DNA of 64,000 bases. Origin: Candidatus Zixiibacteriota bacterium. GTDB taxonomy: Bacteria; Zixibacteria; MSB-5A5; GN15; JAAZOE01. Location of the stretch: assembly GCA_043819555.1 (NCBI GenBank), contig JBDREQ010000020.1, positions 32,001 through 96,000 on the forward strand, in the 5' to 3' direction. The first letter of the stretch is position 1; every line of letters begins with the position of its first letter. A model generated the notes under the pieces. The model did not search any database. It worked only from the letters and a program-made list of their open reading frames with translations, and was not told the DNA's origin. Position numbers and translations under genes: made by a program. Of this stretch, positions 28,776 through 40,112 are shown piece by piece.

Positions 28776-29168
28776 TCAATAACTCGATTTCGTTGCGGCC
28801 TTTCGCTTTGACAGGATATGGACCGAAAGTAGAACTACTAATATTCCCAAAGCGTCGGCAAAAAAGTCAAAAATATCTGAAAATCTTCCCGGAATATATG
28901 CCTGATGCAGCTCATCCAGACCCGCGAATAGCAAAGAAATTAAAAATGCACTGCGATATAATTTTTTGGGATTCCGGAATACGGATAGTTTTCCAAGCGA
29001 CCTCAACGCCAGAAATGCAAAAATAGCATATTCAATAAAATGAGCTATTTTATCTATGAATGTAATTTCAAAATTAGGTGGATTAAAATGGGGCACAGAA
29101 GAAATGGTGAGAATAAGCAGTGCAAATAAATAAAAAGGAAAATGATACCGCATAAAATCACTAGACAT
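28776..29168 (-). CDS. VanZ family membrane protein
   Basis: DKIAHFIEY, DELHQAYIPGR...D..AD.LG motifs. Confidence 0.85.
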   Translation of the reverse strand: MSSDFMRYHFPFYLFALLILTISSVPHFNPPNFEITFIDKIAHFIEYAIFAFLALRSLGKLSVFRNPKKLYRSAFLISLLFAGLDELHQAYIPGRFSDIFDFFADALGILVVLLSVHILSKRKAATKSSY

Positions 29169-29311
29169 AGTCAGACCCTTATAAATAAAAACGCGGCAAT
29201 TTAATTCAACTTGATCTAAACTACAATACTTTTCGAAGGATATGGACTTGCCAAATAGCCGCGAAATTTGTAACCTGAGGACTAATTATTCCAAATTAAG
29301 GATTGAAGCCG

Positions 29312-30502
29312 ATGGACTCAACAATATTAAGCAGCCCGATTGCGATAATCGTCGTTCTGGCCGGTATCCCTTCATTTTTTTTCTGGTTGGAGAAAAAAAC
29401 CGGTTGGTCGATTTTCAATTATTTTCCCCCGCTGATCTTCATTTATTTGCTTCCGGTTTTACTTTCCAATACCGGAGTAATTCCCAATAAATCGCCGGTT
29501 TATGATTTTATGGGAGCCAATATCCTGCCAATGTTTCTGACAATTATGCTTCTTGATGTGGATATAATGGCTACTATTCGCGTTATGGGTCGCGGTGTCT
29601 TTGTAATGTTGATTGGTACCCTGGGGGTTGTAATTGGAGCTCCCATTGCTTTTTTCATTGTCAAATCAGGCTTGGGAGCCGAGGCCTGGAAAGGATTCGG
29701 AGCCCTGGCTGGAAGCTGGATTGGGGGAACGGGCAATATGCTGGCAGTAGCCCAGATGATTGATCTTGACGATACATCACTTTACTATGGTTATGCCGTC
29801 ATCGCCGATAATGGCGTTTATCTCGTCTGGCTGCCGATAATGCTGGCCTCAAAGAATCTGGCGGGATGGTTCGGCCGATTCACAAAAGTATCCAAAGACC
29901 GTTTGGAACGCATGGAGCGAATGGCCAAAGAAATTTCAAAAGATAAGGGCAAAATGCAAATGCGGCATTTCTTATATCTTATCTTTATCGGATGCGCCGT
30001 GACCGCCCTATCGGCCTGGGTATCTCAAATGATTCCCGAGCTGAAGACTTCGGAAGGCACTACGATTTTCTCCGCTAGTACTTACAAGATTTTGATAGTG
30101 ACAATATTAGGGATCAGTCTTTCATTTACCCGAGCCAGCGGAATTCCGGGCTCGCACGCCTTTTCGATGGCGCTCATATATATGTTCGTCGCCCGCATGG
30201 GCGCTCGCGCCGATTTATCAGGTCTCGATATGTCAGTCCTATGGTTTTTACTGGGAGCTTTTATCTGGATATTCATTCATGGCGGTCTTTTGGTTACGGC
30301 CGCGAGGATTTTTAAAGTCGATGTTCATACCGCCGCAATTGCTTCCGCGGCAAATATCGGTGGAGCCGCATCCGCTCCGATCGTGGCCGCCTATCATAAT
30401 AAGACCCTGGTACCGGTTTCAATCCTAATGGCGATGCTGGGATATGCCGTCGGCAATCCAGCCGCCTTTTTGGCTGCTATGCTTTGTCGGTTGGTTGCCT
30501 GA
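29312..30502 (+). CDS. DUF819 family integral membrane protein
   Basis: LAGSWIGGTGN, ASAANIGGAASAPIVA, LGYAVGN; about 10-12 TM segments; TTGCCA-N17-TAACCT promoter-like element upstream. Confidence 0.8.
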   Translation: MDSTILSSPIAIIVVLAGIPSFFFWLEKKTGWSIFNYFPPLIFIYLLPVLLSNTGVIPNKSPVYDFMGANILPMFLTIMLLDVDIMATIRVMGRGVFVMLIGTLGVVIGAPIAFFIVKSGLGAEAWKGFGALAGSWIGGTGNMLAVAQMIDLDDTSLYYGYAVIADNGVYLVWLPIMLASKNLAGWFGRFTKVSKDRLERMERMAKEISKDKGKMQMRHFLYLIFIGCAVTALSAWVSQMIPELKTSEGTTIFSASTYKILIVTILGISLSFTRASGIPGSHAFSMALIYMFVARMGARADLSGLDMSVLWFLLGAFIWIFIHGGLLVTAARIFKVDVHTAAIASAANIGGAASAPIVAAYHNKTLVPVSILMAMLGYAVGNPAAFLAAMLCRLVA

Positions 30503-30503
30503 T

Positions 30504-31187
30504 TTAATTTAGTGAGGGGCTAATCGGGCCGGTAATGCACAAACTATCATAGGCCGGAGTCTTGCCAAGAGTAAGATATTGATTAAACAATAGCTGATGT
30601 TTTTCGTTAAATATCGAATTGCCATAATTTAATGGACAATACCACCGCAAATTGGCTCCCTCTCCGACGAAAATTCCGAGACTAGTTCGCCGCACAGTAT
30701 CACTCCATGTTCCTGCTACGCCAAGAGTATCTCCCGGTTCAACCTGTGATGCTTCCAGAACCGCGACATCCTGGACATGATCATAAACAATTGTATATTT
30801 CGCTCCCGGAAGGGCTGTCACACGGATTTCAAAATCGCCTTCTTCAACCGGATTGGCAATAATTTCCGAAATAATTCCCGGCGTTACCGCCTTTACCGCC
30901 GAACCGGGAACAGTAAAATAATCGATATACTGCAATAGTTTATTATCATCAACATATGAACCAAAAGGTCGGAATACAGGCGAGAGGTCAGAAAACGAAA
31001 TATCTCCCATCGTTTTTGTTATGCCATTATATTGGCCGGCAATAATAACCGGAGTTTCTTCAAAAACCGGAGGCGTTGATATAATGGGGTCTTCTTCGTC
31101 GGAACAAGTATTGAGCACCAATCCCGCGGCAAATAAAAAAACAACCAATAGACTTATTTTATTGATTTTTATTCGCATCATTATCAT
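30504..31187 (-). CDS. Probable lipoprotein with degenerate M23/LytM-like domain
   Basis: Lipobox-like LNTC; ID...PGSAVKAVTPG.I, Y.HV, V..GDTLG..G pattern but no HxxxD or HxH; start uncertain (31187/31181/31178). Confidence 0.55.
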   Translation of the reverse strand: MIMMRIKINKISLLVVFLFAAGLVLNTCSDEEDPIISTPPVFEETPVIIAGQYNGITKTMGDISFSDLSPVFRPFGSYVDDNKLLQYIDYFTVPGSAVKAVTPGIISEIIANPVEEGDFEIRVTALPGAKYTIVYDHVQDVAVLEASQVEPGDTLGVAGTWSDTVRRTSLGIFVGEGANLRWYCPLNYGNSIFNEKHQLLFNQYLTLGKTPAYDSLCITGPISPSLN

Positions 31188-31199
31188 TCTTTCGTCTAA

Positions 31200-32705
31200 T
31201 TATTCTTTACCGGATGATTCGTTATTAACTGCATATTTCCTGTATATCTTAAATGTCTGATCTTCATAAACTTTTTCCCAATGCTTCATAATCGTTTTAA
31301 ATCCATTTTGATTTACGTCACGGCCGCCAATTATGGCAATCTTTATATTATACTTGCGGCAAATGAAATCGACTAATTCCGGTTTGTTTGACGCCATAAA
31401 ATCATTATAATCCTTTAGCATTTCACTAGCGAGTTTTGAATTTAATTGAAAGTATTCTCCGGACAGATGGGCTACCAATGTCCTTACTGGAATATAAGGC
31501 ATAATGAAATTACTGTACGTTATTGTGCTCGCCAGAATATAATCATCAGCCATAACAAAACCTGGCAAATTATTTTTCAGGCCGCCGCCTATTTGCCTGT
31601 AATTTAAGTAATTGGACTTCTCGTTTTCCAGATAATCAAAAGAGCGATATAAATGTTCGCCAATGCCATACAGTACAAAGGCAACGATAATGCCCTGGGC
31701 GACCAGCTTCAATTTTATTGATTCGCGCAAATACTTAATCATATAAGCCGTCAATACAAGACCAAAAAGGAAAAATATCCTGGGGCCGTATTGATAGACG
31801 TTGTAATGGTATGATGTAAATAAATAAGCTATCAGGAAAACGAATATAAAGAAATGGATTGAATTCGATTTTCGAATTCCCATGACCCCGGTTATGAATA
31901 TCGCCAGTGTGATGAATACCTGCCAATGAGTTATTTGACCATCAACAGGATACAATAAATATCCAATGAATTGTTTAAGCCAGTCCGGGTCAGGCCAGCC
32001 CCGCCAAAACGAAAAAGCTGTCGTCCCGGCCATCTGATAACTGAAAATGATGTACGCTTGTATTAGAAACGGAATGATTGCAACCAGAAAAGTGGCGATC
32101 AATATCGCAGTTTTAGACCATTGCCGTCTCCAAAAGATTTCATAGAGAAAGATAAATCCAATGACAAATAAATATACTGGAGAGATTATGAAAGCGATTC
32201 CCCATAGAATTCCTGTCAGAATGCGTGTTAAATTTGTTTGTTTTTCTCTAAGATAGATCCATATTCCGGCGATAAAAATAGGCAGTGAAAAATAAAATGC
32301 TGTCGCCAAAAAGAGATATCCCGGACCCATATACTGATTAATGTAAGGAATCATTGCTGACGTCAACAAAGCCGTCGTTTTATCGAATATTCTGCATAGC
32401 ATTAAATAAGAAAAAATTAAAAGCAGCCACACATTGATGATTGCCATAAACAGGGGCATAATCTCAAGCGAAATTCCGATAGATGCCGCGCCGGATAAAA
32501 ATAAATGATAAAAAGGCGGATGAAAGGACGGGAAGCCGGTGACTGGATCGTCATATAAATTACCGCGCATAACCGCCAATGTTTTAGCTTTCATATATTG
32601 AATATCGGGCGTGTGAAAATACGGAGGCGATTGGAAAATAAGAAGAGGGCCGATAATCACAATAATTATCAGCCCCAAAAATATCTCATGAGTATATTTA
32701 TTCAT
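31200..32705 (-). CDS. Polytopic membrane protein, probable GT-C (ArnT/PMT-like) glycosyltransferase
   Basis: More than 10 TM segments; first loop with D and HPPFY; C-terminal soluble tail KYNI...VYED..FKIY typical of GT-C proteins. Confidence 0.55.
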   Translation of the reverse strand: MNKYTHEIFLGLIIIVIIGPLLIFQSPPYFHTPDIQYMKAKTLAVMRGNLYDDPVTGFPSFHPPFYHLFLSGAASIGISLEIMPLFMAIINVWLLLIFSYLMLCRIFDKTTALLTSAMIPYINQYMGPGYLFLATAFYFSLPIFIAGIWIYLREKQTNLTRILTGILWGIAFIISPVYLFVIGFIFLYEIFWRRQWSKTAILIATFLVAIIPFLIQAYIIFSYQMAGTTAFSFWRGWPDPDWLKQFIGYLLYPVDGQITHWQVFITLAIFITGVMGIRKSNSIHFFIFVFLIAYLFTSYHYNVYQYGPRIFFLFGLVLTAYMIKYLRESIKLKLVAQGIIVAFVLYGIGEHLYRSFDYLENEKSNYLNYRQIGGGLKNNLPGFVMADDYILASTITYSNFIMPYIPVRTLVAHLSGEYFQLNSKLASEMLKDYNDFMASNKPELVDFICRKYNIKIAIIGGRDVNQNGFKTIMKHWEKVYEDQTFKIYRKYAVNNESSGKE

Positions 32706-32727
32706 TTGAGCCCGTGTAAAATATTTA

Positions 32728-35691
32728 TCACTGCTTCATTTCGCAGCATTTTTTATATTTCTTGCCCGAACCGCATGGGCAGGGATCATTGCGCCCGACT
32801 TTTGGCTGATCTCTCTTAATCGGTTTTTGTTTGCCTCTCTTGCTCGCTTCCGCCATAGGGCTTTTGCCCAAATTACTTTCAGCATCGCCGGCGCTTTGTT
32901 CTGCGGATGAATATCCCATCCCTGTTGTATCGGCATGGCTGGCGACCAGATGGGGCATGGGCCGGTCGGTCCGTGGTTTTTGCGCCGCCGATTGAACTTG
33001 CATGCGGAAGACTTTTCCCACCGTATCCCGATCAATATTATCGATCAGAGCAGAAAACAAGGTAAAGGCTTCTTTCTTATATTCCATTAGTGGATCGCGC
33101 TGTCCATACGCCCGCAGTCCGATTCCGGTGCGAAGCTCGTCTATTTCATTAAGATGATCGCGCCAGTATTGATCAATGGTTACCAGGGCCGCGTATCTTT
33201 CCAAACGGCGCATCAGTTCCGGCCCATAAGCGTCTTCCTTGTTCTGATAAATTACCAAAGCCGCCTGCTTTATCTGTTCGAATAATTTTTCACGGGTCAA
33301 ATCCTGAATATCATCATCCTTAAATTTCAAATCGAGAAGGAAGGAATGCAAAACCTGTCTGCGTAATTCAAATAGATTCCAATTTTCCGGGTATTCTTTT
33401 TCAGGACAATTAGCCTCAATAATAGCTTCAATATTGATATCGATCATTTCCATAATCGTAGATTTAATATCTTCGTTTTCCAAAACCCGCAGGCGCCGTC
33501 CATAAACCACTTCGCGCTGCTGATTCATAACGTCGTCATACTTCAAAGTATGTTTGCGGATGGAGAAGTTTTGCGCTTCAACTCGTTTCTGGGCCCGTTC
33601 AATTGCCTTTGAAATCATGCTGTGAGTGATAACTTCGCCCTCTTCGACGCCAAGTCTGTCCATTATGCCCGCGATGCGATCCGAACCAAACAGACGCATA
33701 AGATCGTCTTCCAAGGAAAGGAAAAACTGCGATGAACCGGGATCGCCCTGGCGTCCTGAACGTCCTCGCAGCTGCCGATCGATGCGCCGCGATTCATGCC
33801 GTTCAGTTCCGAGGATATGCAGCCCCCCCGCCTCTACGACGGCCTCACTGAGTTTAATATCCGTGCCTCGTCCGGCCATGTTGGTTGCGATTGTTACTGC
33901 TCCGGTTTGTCCCGCTTCGGAGACAATTCCTGCTTCCTGCTGATGACGCTTGGCATTTAACACATTATGCTTGATGCCTGTTTTCTGCAACATCCGCGAC
34001 AGGATTTCACTTACTTCAACAGAAATCGTACCGACCAGGACAGGTCGACCGATTTTATTCATCTCCACAATTTTATTTATAATAGCGGCGTATTTTTCGC
34101 GCCGCGTTCGGAAAATTTCATCCTCCATATCATCACGAATGACTGGGCGATCAGTTGGTATGACAACCACATCTAACTTATAAATATCAAAAAATTCGGA
34201 CGCTTCTGTTTCCGCGGTACCGGTCATACCGGCCAGTTTTTTGTACATCCGGAAATAATTCTGGAGAGTGATTGATGCCAGAGTCTGTGTCTGAGCTTCA
34301 ACTCGAACGCCTTCTTTGGCTTCAATGGCTTCGTGCAGGCCATCACTAAAACGCCTGCCCGGCATGAGCCGTCCGGTGAATTCATCGACTATGAGGACCT
34401 TTCCTTCCTGAAGCACATATTCATTATTCTTTTCATAAAGAGAATAAGCTTTCAGGAGCTGGCTGATATTGTGGACTTTTTCGGATCGCTCCCCATGAAT
34501 TTTATAAATCGCGTCAGTTTTTTGAGTTTTTTCCTCAACCCCCATCGATTCGTCCCCTTCAATCATCGACAGCTCGGTGGAAAGATCGGGGATGACAAAT
34601 AATTCCTGTACATCTGCGGGAAACTGAGAACGGCCATTGTCGGTCAAATCAATTGAATGCTCCCTTTCGTCAATGACATAATAAAGCTCTTCATCGAGTT
34701 CAAACATTTTTTTATCGCGCAACAATGCCCCTTCGGTCTGCTGAATCAGCTTTTTAATGCCTGACTCTTTTTCCATACGCAGGAGCTTTTTGTGCTTGGG
34801 TGCGCCGCGCCGCGCCGACAATAGGCGCAAGCCGGCTTCGTATTCGTTTCCCTCCTTAAGGAATTTTTCCGCTTCGGTGATATACTGGTTTACCAGGTTG
34901 TTTTGTTTTCTGACCAATTGATCCACATACGGCTTCATTTCTTTGTAACGTCCCGTATCGCTCGATTCAACTGTTCCCGATATGATCAGCGGCGTTCGAG
35001 CCTCGTCAATCAGGAGGGAATCGACTTCGTCGACAATGGCGTAATTATACCCGCGATGCACCCGGTCTTCAGCCGTTTGAACCATATTATCGCGGAGGTA
35101 ATCAAAACCGAATTCATTATTTGTGCCATGCGTGATATCACAATTGTATTCAACTTTGCGCTCCGCCGGAGACATGTCGTGCTGAATACATCCCACCGTC
35201 AAACCCAGAAATTCATAGATTTTGCCCATCCATTGTCTGTCGCGCAAAGCGAGGTAATCGTTGACGGTGACGACATGGACCCCAAAGCCGGTCAGCGCAT
35301 TAAGATAAACCGGTAATGTCGCCACCAGCGTTTTACCTTCACCGGTTGCCATTTCGGCTATTTTGCCCTGATGAAGGACGATCCCACCAATTAGCTGAAC
35401 ATTGTAAGGAATCATATTCCATTCGGTCTCTATTCCAGCAACTTCCCAGGATTGACCGTAAAGGCGTTTACAGGCTTGCTTGACCAACGCGAACGCTTCG
35501 GTGAGAATATCTTCGAGTGTCTCGCCGTTGGCCAGTCGTTTTTTGAATTCTCCGGTTTTTGCTTTTAGCTCGTCATCGGTAAGAGAATCAAAAAGGTCGT
35601 AATGGCTGTTTATTTCGTCTACAATTGGTTTAAGTTTTTTTATATCGCGATCGTGCTTGGTGCCGAACATTTTTGTAATCAGACTTTTCAT
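32728..35691 (-). CDS. secA: Preprotein translocase subunit SecA
   Basis: [48 protein letters not shown]-terminal [18 protein letters not shown]. Confidence 0.98.
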   Translation of the reverse strand: MKSLITKMFGTKHDRDIKKLKPIVDEINSHYDLFDSLTDDELKAKTGEFKKRLANGETLEDILTEAFALVKQACKRLYGQSWEVAGIETEWNMIPYNVQLIGGIVLHQGKIAEMATGEGKTLVATLPVYLNALTGFGVHVVTVNDYLALRDRQWMGKIYEFLGLTVGCIQHDMSPAERKVEYNCDITHGTNNEFGFDYLRDNMVQTAEDRVHRGYNYAIVDEVDSLLIDEARTPLIISGTVESSDTGRYKEMKPYVDQLVRKQNNLVNQYITEAEKFLKEGNEYEAGLRLLSARRGAPKHKKLLRMEKESGIKKLIQQTEGALLRDKKMFELDEELYYVIDEREHSIDLTDNGRSQFPADVQELFVIPDLSTELSMIEGDESMGVEEKTQKTDAIYKIHGERSEKVHNISQLLKAYSLYEKNNEYVLQEGKVLIVDEFTGRLMPGRRFSDGLHEAIEAKEGVRVEAQTQTLASITLQNYFRMYKKLAGMTGTAETEASEFFDIYKLDVVVIPTDRPVIRDDMEDEIFRTRREKYAAIINKIVEMNKIGRPVLVGTISVEVSEILSRMLQKTGIKHNVLNAKRHQQEAGIVSEAGQTGAVTIATNMAGRGTDIKLSEAVVEAGGLHILGTERHESRRIDRQLRGRSGRQGDPGSSQFFLSLEDDLMRLFGSDRIAGIMDRLGVEEGEVITHSMISKAIERAQKRVEAQNFSIRKHTLKYDDVMNQQREVVYGRRLRVLENEDIKSTIMEMIDINIEAIIEANCPEKEYPENWNLFELRRQVLHSFLLDLKFKDDDIQDLTREKLFEQIKQAALVIYQNKEDAYGPELMRRLERYAALVTIDQYWRDHLNEIDELRTGIGLRAYGQRDPLMEYKKEAFTLFSALIDNIDRDTVGKVFRMQVQSAAQKPRTDRPMPHLVASHADTTGMGYSSAEQSAGDAESNLGKSPMAEASKRGKQKPIKRDQPKVGRNDPCPCGSGKKYKKCCEMKQ

Positions 35692-35957
35692 TCAAATATT
35701 CTCCCCAAATGTAATCTCATATAATAATAACCACCGTTCAGTCAAACAAGTCTTTTCATACGTCATAGATTATACAAATACTAGCGGTTACTATTCACTA
35801 ATTGTGAGAAAAACAGGATTCTTTGTCCAAAGTCTCATTTATGTAATTCTGGCTCATTATGAAAACGGCTAATGCGGTTTATGCCTTGCGTTATAAATAA
35901 ATTATGAATCTTTTTGATTACACCGCTTTCAACAGAATCATCGCATAATCATCAGAC

Positions 35958-36959
35958 ATGCAGTTCAAACGGTTGACCTTGCAAGATAAAAACAATATAT
36001 TTAACTTAATCTCAGGGAGAATAAATACGGACAGGAATACGGAAAAAAAGGAAGGGATTGTTACCCGGGGGCATGGAAACCGTTTCATTGTCTTCTCTGA
36101 CAACGAATATATTCCCTGCCAGCTTAGGGGCATAGTTAAACATAAAACTTCTCATTCCACACCGGTTGCCGTTGGAGATAATGTTTTGATATCACTTATT
36201 GATGACGGCGAAGGAGTAATCGAAGAAATACTTCCAAGAAAATCGGTTCTTTCTCGGCCGGTAACCGGCCGAGAATCGCATGAGCATGTTATAGCCGCCA
36301 ATGTTGATTCGCTTATAATTGTTACTTCAATAAAACAACCGCTTCTCAAATCCGGTTTAATTGACAGATTCCTGATTGCCGCCCAGGTTGGCCAGTTGCA
36401 TCCGGTTATTGTCATTAATAAAATCGATCTTGGACCTGAACCGCATATTAATGAAATTATAGAAACCTATCGTGATTTAGGTTTTGATCTGTTTTTAACA
36501 TCGGCCAATGAAGAAAAGACCAAACCTGAGAATGAACTCAATTTATTCGGCAAGTATTTAAATAATCACAAGTCGATATTGGCGGGCCATTCTGGCGTTG
36601 GAAAATCTTCGCTGTTGAATCTTCTAATACCGGGCTTAAATTTGCCGACATCGAGCATATCGAAATCAACCAATCGCGGCCGCCACGCGACCAGTTGGAT
36701 GGAGTTAATTCAATTACCGGGAGGCGGTTTTGTCATTGACAGCCCCGGCGTAAAAGTACTTGGTTTATGGCAAGTTGAAAAAGAAAATATACTCAAGTAT
36801 TATCCCGAAATGATGGACTTTCAGGGCGAATGCCGTTTTATGCCTTGTACTCATACTCATGAGCCCGATTGCGCCATAAAGAAGGCCGTGGAATCCGGAA
36901 AGATTATGAAATTTCGCTACCGCAATTATCTCCAGATTTATGAATCGCTTGAGAGCTAA
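35958..36959 (+). CDS. rsgA: Ribosome small subunit-dependent GTPase A (start uncertain; see findings)
   Basis: OB domain AVGDNV; circularly permuted GTPase NKID, GHSGVGKSS, RGRHAT, DSPG; Zn finger CRF..CTH..EPDC. Confidence 0.93.
   Translation: MQFKRLTLQDKNNIFNLISGRINTDRNTEKKEGIVTRGHGNRFIVFSDNEYIPCQLRGIVKHKTSHSTPVAVGDNVLISLIDDGEGVIEEILPRKSVLSRPVTGRESHEHVIAANVDSLIIVTSIKQPLLKSGLIDRFLIAAQVGQLHPVIVINKIDLGPEPHINEIIETYRDLGFDLFLTSANEEKTKPENELNLFGKYLNNHKSILAGHSGVGKSSLLNLLIPGLNLPTSSISKSTNRGRHATSWMELIQLPGGGFVIDSPGVKVLGLWQVEKENILKYYPEMMDFQGECRFMPCTHTHEPDCAIKKAVESGKIMKFRYRNYLQIYESLES
35973..36001 (+). promoter_or_regulatory. sigma70-like promoter lying inside the nominal 5' end of the rsgA ORF
   Basis: TTGACC (35973-35978), 17 bp, TATATT (35996-36001), then SD GGGAG at 36015-36019. 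Confidence 0.55.
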
Positions 36960-37017
36960 TTTTATATAAGGGGCAAAGGAATCATATTTTGGGCCGAAAA
37001 TATACATAAGGATATGT

Positions 37018-37920
37018 ATGATCTCGAAAAATGTAGAATTTAAGGTTGGGTTGCTGGTTTTAGTCGGGGCGGCGATTGTGGTTTTCTCCATCTGGCTGGC
37101 CAAAGGTTACCGCTATGGACAGGATTACTATTCCGTATCAGTTGTGTTTCCCGAAGTCGGCGCGCTGGCGACCGGCGATCCGGTTGCGGTATCGGGTGTA
37201 ACTAAAGGAAAAGTTAAAAACATAAGCCTTTATGAAGGCCAAGTCTTAACGGTTTTGGATATGGCTACAGATGTGCAGCTAAAAGAAGACGCGACTTTTA
37301 TTGTAAAAAATATCGGCCTCATGGGCGAGCGATTTATTTCGGCTAAAACCGGCGTATCAGATATTCCTCTGGCTCCAGATCGTCCCGCACTTGGCACTTT
37401 CGACCCTGGAATCCCTGAAGTAATGGGCATGATGGGTATGGTAATATCAAATATGAATCGACTTGTCACTTCGCTTGAACAGACTGTCATATCGCCGCAA
37501 ACGCTGGATAAATTTTCCATGACAATTTCAAACTTACAGGCCTTGACCAACAGATTAGAATCGGCGGCCGAATCGGACCTGCCCAAAATCGATACCGCCC
37601 TGGATAATTTTGTCAGCCTGTCGGAATCATTGAAGGCCGGCGTTGATCGCAATCGACCTCATATCGATTCCGCCGTCCAAAATATGAATGAAGCAGGCAA
37701 GAGGTTTCTAACGCTTCTTGATGATATGGATGAGGCTTCGCAAAAACTTAAATCATTCGCAACCGATTTAGATAATTCCGACGGTACCATGCGGATGCTG
37801 ATGGAAGACCGGCGGCTATATGATGATCTCCGAGCCACGTCAAAAAAACTCGACAGCCTGGTAACAGATATCCGCGCCAACCCCAAAAAATATATCAATT
37901 TTTCGCTGGAGATATTCTAA
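37018..37920 (+). CDS. MlaD/MCE family protein
   Basis: E.KVG, L..GDPV.VSGV..G.V, GLMGERFI, long helical tail ending DIRANPKKY. Confidence 0.88.
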   Translation: MISKNVEFKVGLLVLVGAAIVVFSIWLAKGYRYGQDYYSVSVVFPEVGALATGDPVAVSGVTKGKVKNISLYEGQVLTVLDMATDVQLKEDATFIVKNIGLMGERFISAKTGVSDIPLAPDRPALGTFDPGIPEVMGMMGMVISNMNRLVTSLEQTVISPQTLDKFSMTISNLQALTNRLESAAESDLPKIDTALDNFVSLSESLKAGVDRNRPHIDSAVQNMNEAGKRFLTLLDDMDEASQKLKSFATDLDNSDGTMRMLMEDRRLYDDLRATSKKLDSLVTDIRANPKKYINFSLEIF

Positions 37921-37922
37921 TA

Positions 37923-40112
37923 ATGAAATTCAAGCTGGCTTTCGCTCTGCATAATCATCAGCCGGTCGGTAATTTTTCGGCGGTTTTCGAAGAAGCGCAT
38001 AACAAATGTTATGCGGCCTTCATGGAATTGTTAAAAAAATATCCCGAATTAAAAATTTCCTTGCATCAGTCGGGGATATTATGGGATTGGCAGAAGCAGC
38101 ATCATCCCGAATATTTTTCGGCAATTGGGGAATTAGTTGATCGAGGTCAAATAGAATTAATATCAGGGGCCTTTTATGAACCCATCCTGACGGCCATTCC
38201 GGATAGGGATAAAATCGGCCAGATAAATTCATTAAACTCATTTTTGAAAAATCATTTTGAAGTGCACGCGCGGGGGATGTGGTTAGCCGAACGAGTATGG
38301 GAGCCGCATTTGCCCAAAGTTATCAATCAATGCGGCCTTCGGTTTCTTCCTCTTGATGATACGCATTTTTATTTTGCCGGTTTGCGTGAGGATGAAATGT
38401 ATGGTTCATATATTACCGAGGAAGAAGGACGGAATATCACGCTTTTGCCGATTTTAAAGGACCTGCGCTATTTAATCCCTTTTGGTACTCCCGAAAAAAT
38501 TATTGAGTTTTTGCGCAATGCCGCGGCTCGTCATCCGGGAGGAATGGCGGTTTATGCCGATGACGGTGAAAAATTCGGAGTCTGGCCGGGAACCTTCAAG
38601 CACTGTTACACCGATGGCTGGCTGAAGCGATTTTTAAATATTTTAAATGAAAACTCTGACTGGCTGGAGGTCGTCAGTTTGGGGCAGGCTGTGGAAGAAA
38701 ATCCACCTCTGGGAAGAGTTTACCTGCCATCGGCTTCCTATTCGGAAATGCTGCACTGGGCTTTGCCCGCCGACGGAGTGGCGGCCTTTGAAGAATTTGA
38801 AAATCGGCTGAAAGAGTGCGATTTGTTTTATGAGAACGAGCGATTTGTGAGGGGAGGACATTGGCGCGGATTTTTGACCAAATATCCCGAATCGAATTTG
38901 ATGCATAAAAAGATGCTGGCCGTTTCAAAGATGCTTGAAGAAGTTTCCAAATTAGACAACATAGATTTTGAACGATTGGCCAAAGCCAGAAATTTTCTAT
39001 ACGCCGGACAATGCAACTGCGCTTATTGGCATGGTGTCTTTGGAGGACTCTATCTTCCTCATTTACGGTGGGCTATTTATAATAAGCTGATTCGGGCCGA
39101 AACAATTTTGCGCCAGCTGTGCGGCCGCGAAGTTTTTTATAACTTCGAAGACATTGACCATGACGGCTTTCGAGAAGTAAGATTGGGTAATAAAGAATTG
39201 TCTATAACCATTTCACCGCAAAAAGGCGGACAGATAATTGACTGGTCATGTCACAGTAGCAACATCAATCTCGTTGACTGTCTGGCTCGACGCCGTGAAG
39301 GTTACCATAAAAAGCTGATGGAATTTCGGTCCTCAGATCAAAACACTGTGACAAAATCGATCCATGATTTGGTGGCGGTCAAGGAAAATGGTTTGGAAAG
39401 ATTACTGGCTCAGGATAAGTACCTAAGACGCCCATTAACCGATCATTTTTTCCAGGAAGGAATGGAACTTGATTCATTCTTCAGCGGAAGTTATAAGGAG
39501 CTTGGGGATTTTGTCAATGGCGCATTTGACCCGAGTTTTGTCGAGTCAGATGACAGTTACCAGTTAATTTTATCCAGGCGGGGCAATGTTTGGTACGGAG
39601 ATTATCATTGCCCTTTAAAATTAGACAAAGAAATCATCTTTCCCAGACATGGCAATTCGATTCAAGTAAAATATCGTTTACTGCAAAATAGTCTGGAAAT
39701 CATGCCCGTTAATTTTGCTGTTGAATTTGATTTTAACCTGTTGGCTCCCGAGGCCGAAAATCGTTATGTCTTAATAGATGGCATACGGCCCCACGAAAGA
39801 TCCAATCTGGGCGCCATTGACGCAACCGGTCCCGCCTCGAGTATTTCTCTTAATGACGAAAACCAGCAAGTGGGCATTCAAATCATTTCCGACAAATTGG
39901 GCAAAATTTGGCGTGTTCCCATATTTTCCGTTTCTATTTCTGAAGAAGGATTCGAAAAAATTTATCAGGGAACGTCAGTGTTATTCCTGTTTGATAATTC
40001 CCTTGTCTCGGGCCGGGAACAAATTATTAAGTTTGATATTTATACAGGCCCCCTGGATTTAATGCCTGCCCTAAATTCTCCCGAATGCAAGGCTATTCCA
40101 GAGACAAAATAG
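37923..40112 (+). CDS. GH57 4-alpha-glucanotransferase/alpha-amylase
   Basis: HNHQP, YEPIL, GMWLAERVWEP (nucleophile E), DDGEKFG (acid/base D), QCNCAYWHGVFGGLYLPHLR, SEEGFE..YQG. Confidence 0.92.
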   Translation: MKFKLAFALHNHQPVGNFSAVFEEAHNKCYAAFMELLKKYPELKISLHQSGILWDWQKQHHPEYFSAIGELVDRGQIELISGAFYEPILTAIPDRDKIGQINSLNSFLKNHFEVHARGMWLAERVWEPHLPKVINQCGLRFLPLDDTHFYFAGLREDEMYGSYITEEEGRNITLLPILKDLRYLIPFGTPEKIIEFLRNAAARHPGGMAVYADDGEKFGVWPGTFKHCYTDGWLKRFLNILNENSDWLEVVSLGQAVEENPPLGRVYLPSASYSEMLHWALPADGVAAFEEFENRLKECDLFYENERFVRGGHWRGFLTKYPESNLMHKKMLAVSKMLEEVSKLDNIDFERLAKARNFLYAGQCNCAYWHGVFGGLYLPHLRWAIYNKLIRAETILRQLCGREVFYNFEDIDHDGFREVRLGNKELSITISPQKGGQIIDWSCHSSNINLVDCLARRREGYHKKLMEFRSSDQNTVTKSIHDLVAVKENGLERLLAQDKYLRRPLTDHFFQEGMELDSFFSGSYKELGDFVNGAFDPSFVESDDSYQLILSRRGNVWYGDYHCPLKLDKEIIFPRHGNSIQVKYRLLQNSLEIMPVNFAVEFDFNLLAPEAENRYVLIDGIRPHERSNLGAIDATGPASSISLNDENQQVGIQIISDKLGKIWRVPIFSVSISEEGFEKIYQGTSVLFLFDNSLVSGREQIIKFDIYTGPLDLMPALNSPECKAIPETK

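Noticed and set aside
33626..35316. Several 70-140 aa plus-strand ORFs opposite secA (and similar ones opposite pilT, rng, DUF4175, fba)
   Set aside because: Typical antisense shadow ORFs of conserved genes; no SD or motifs
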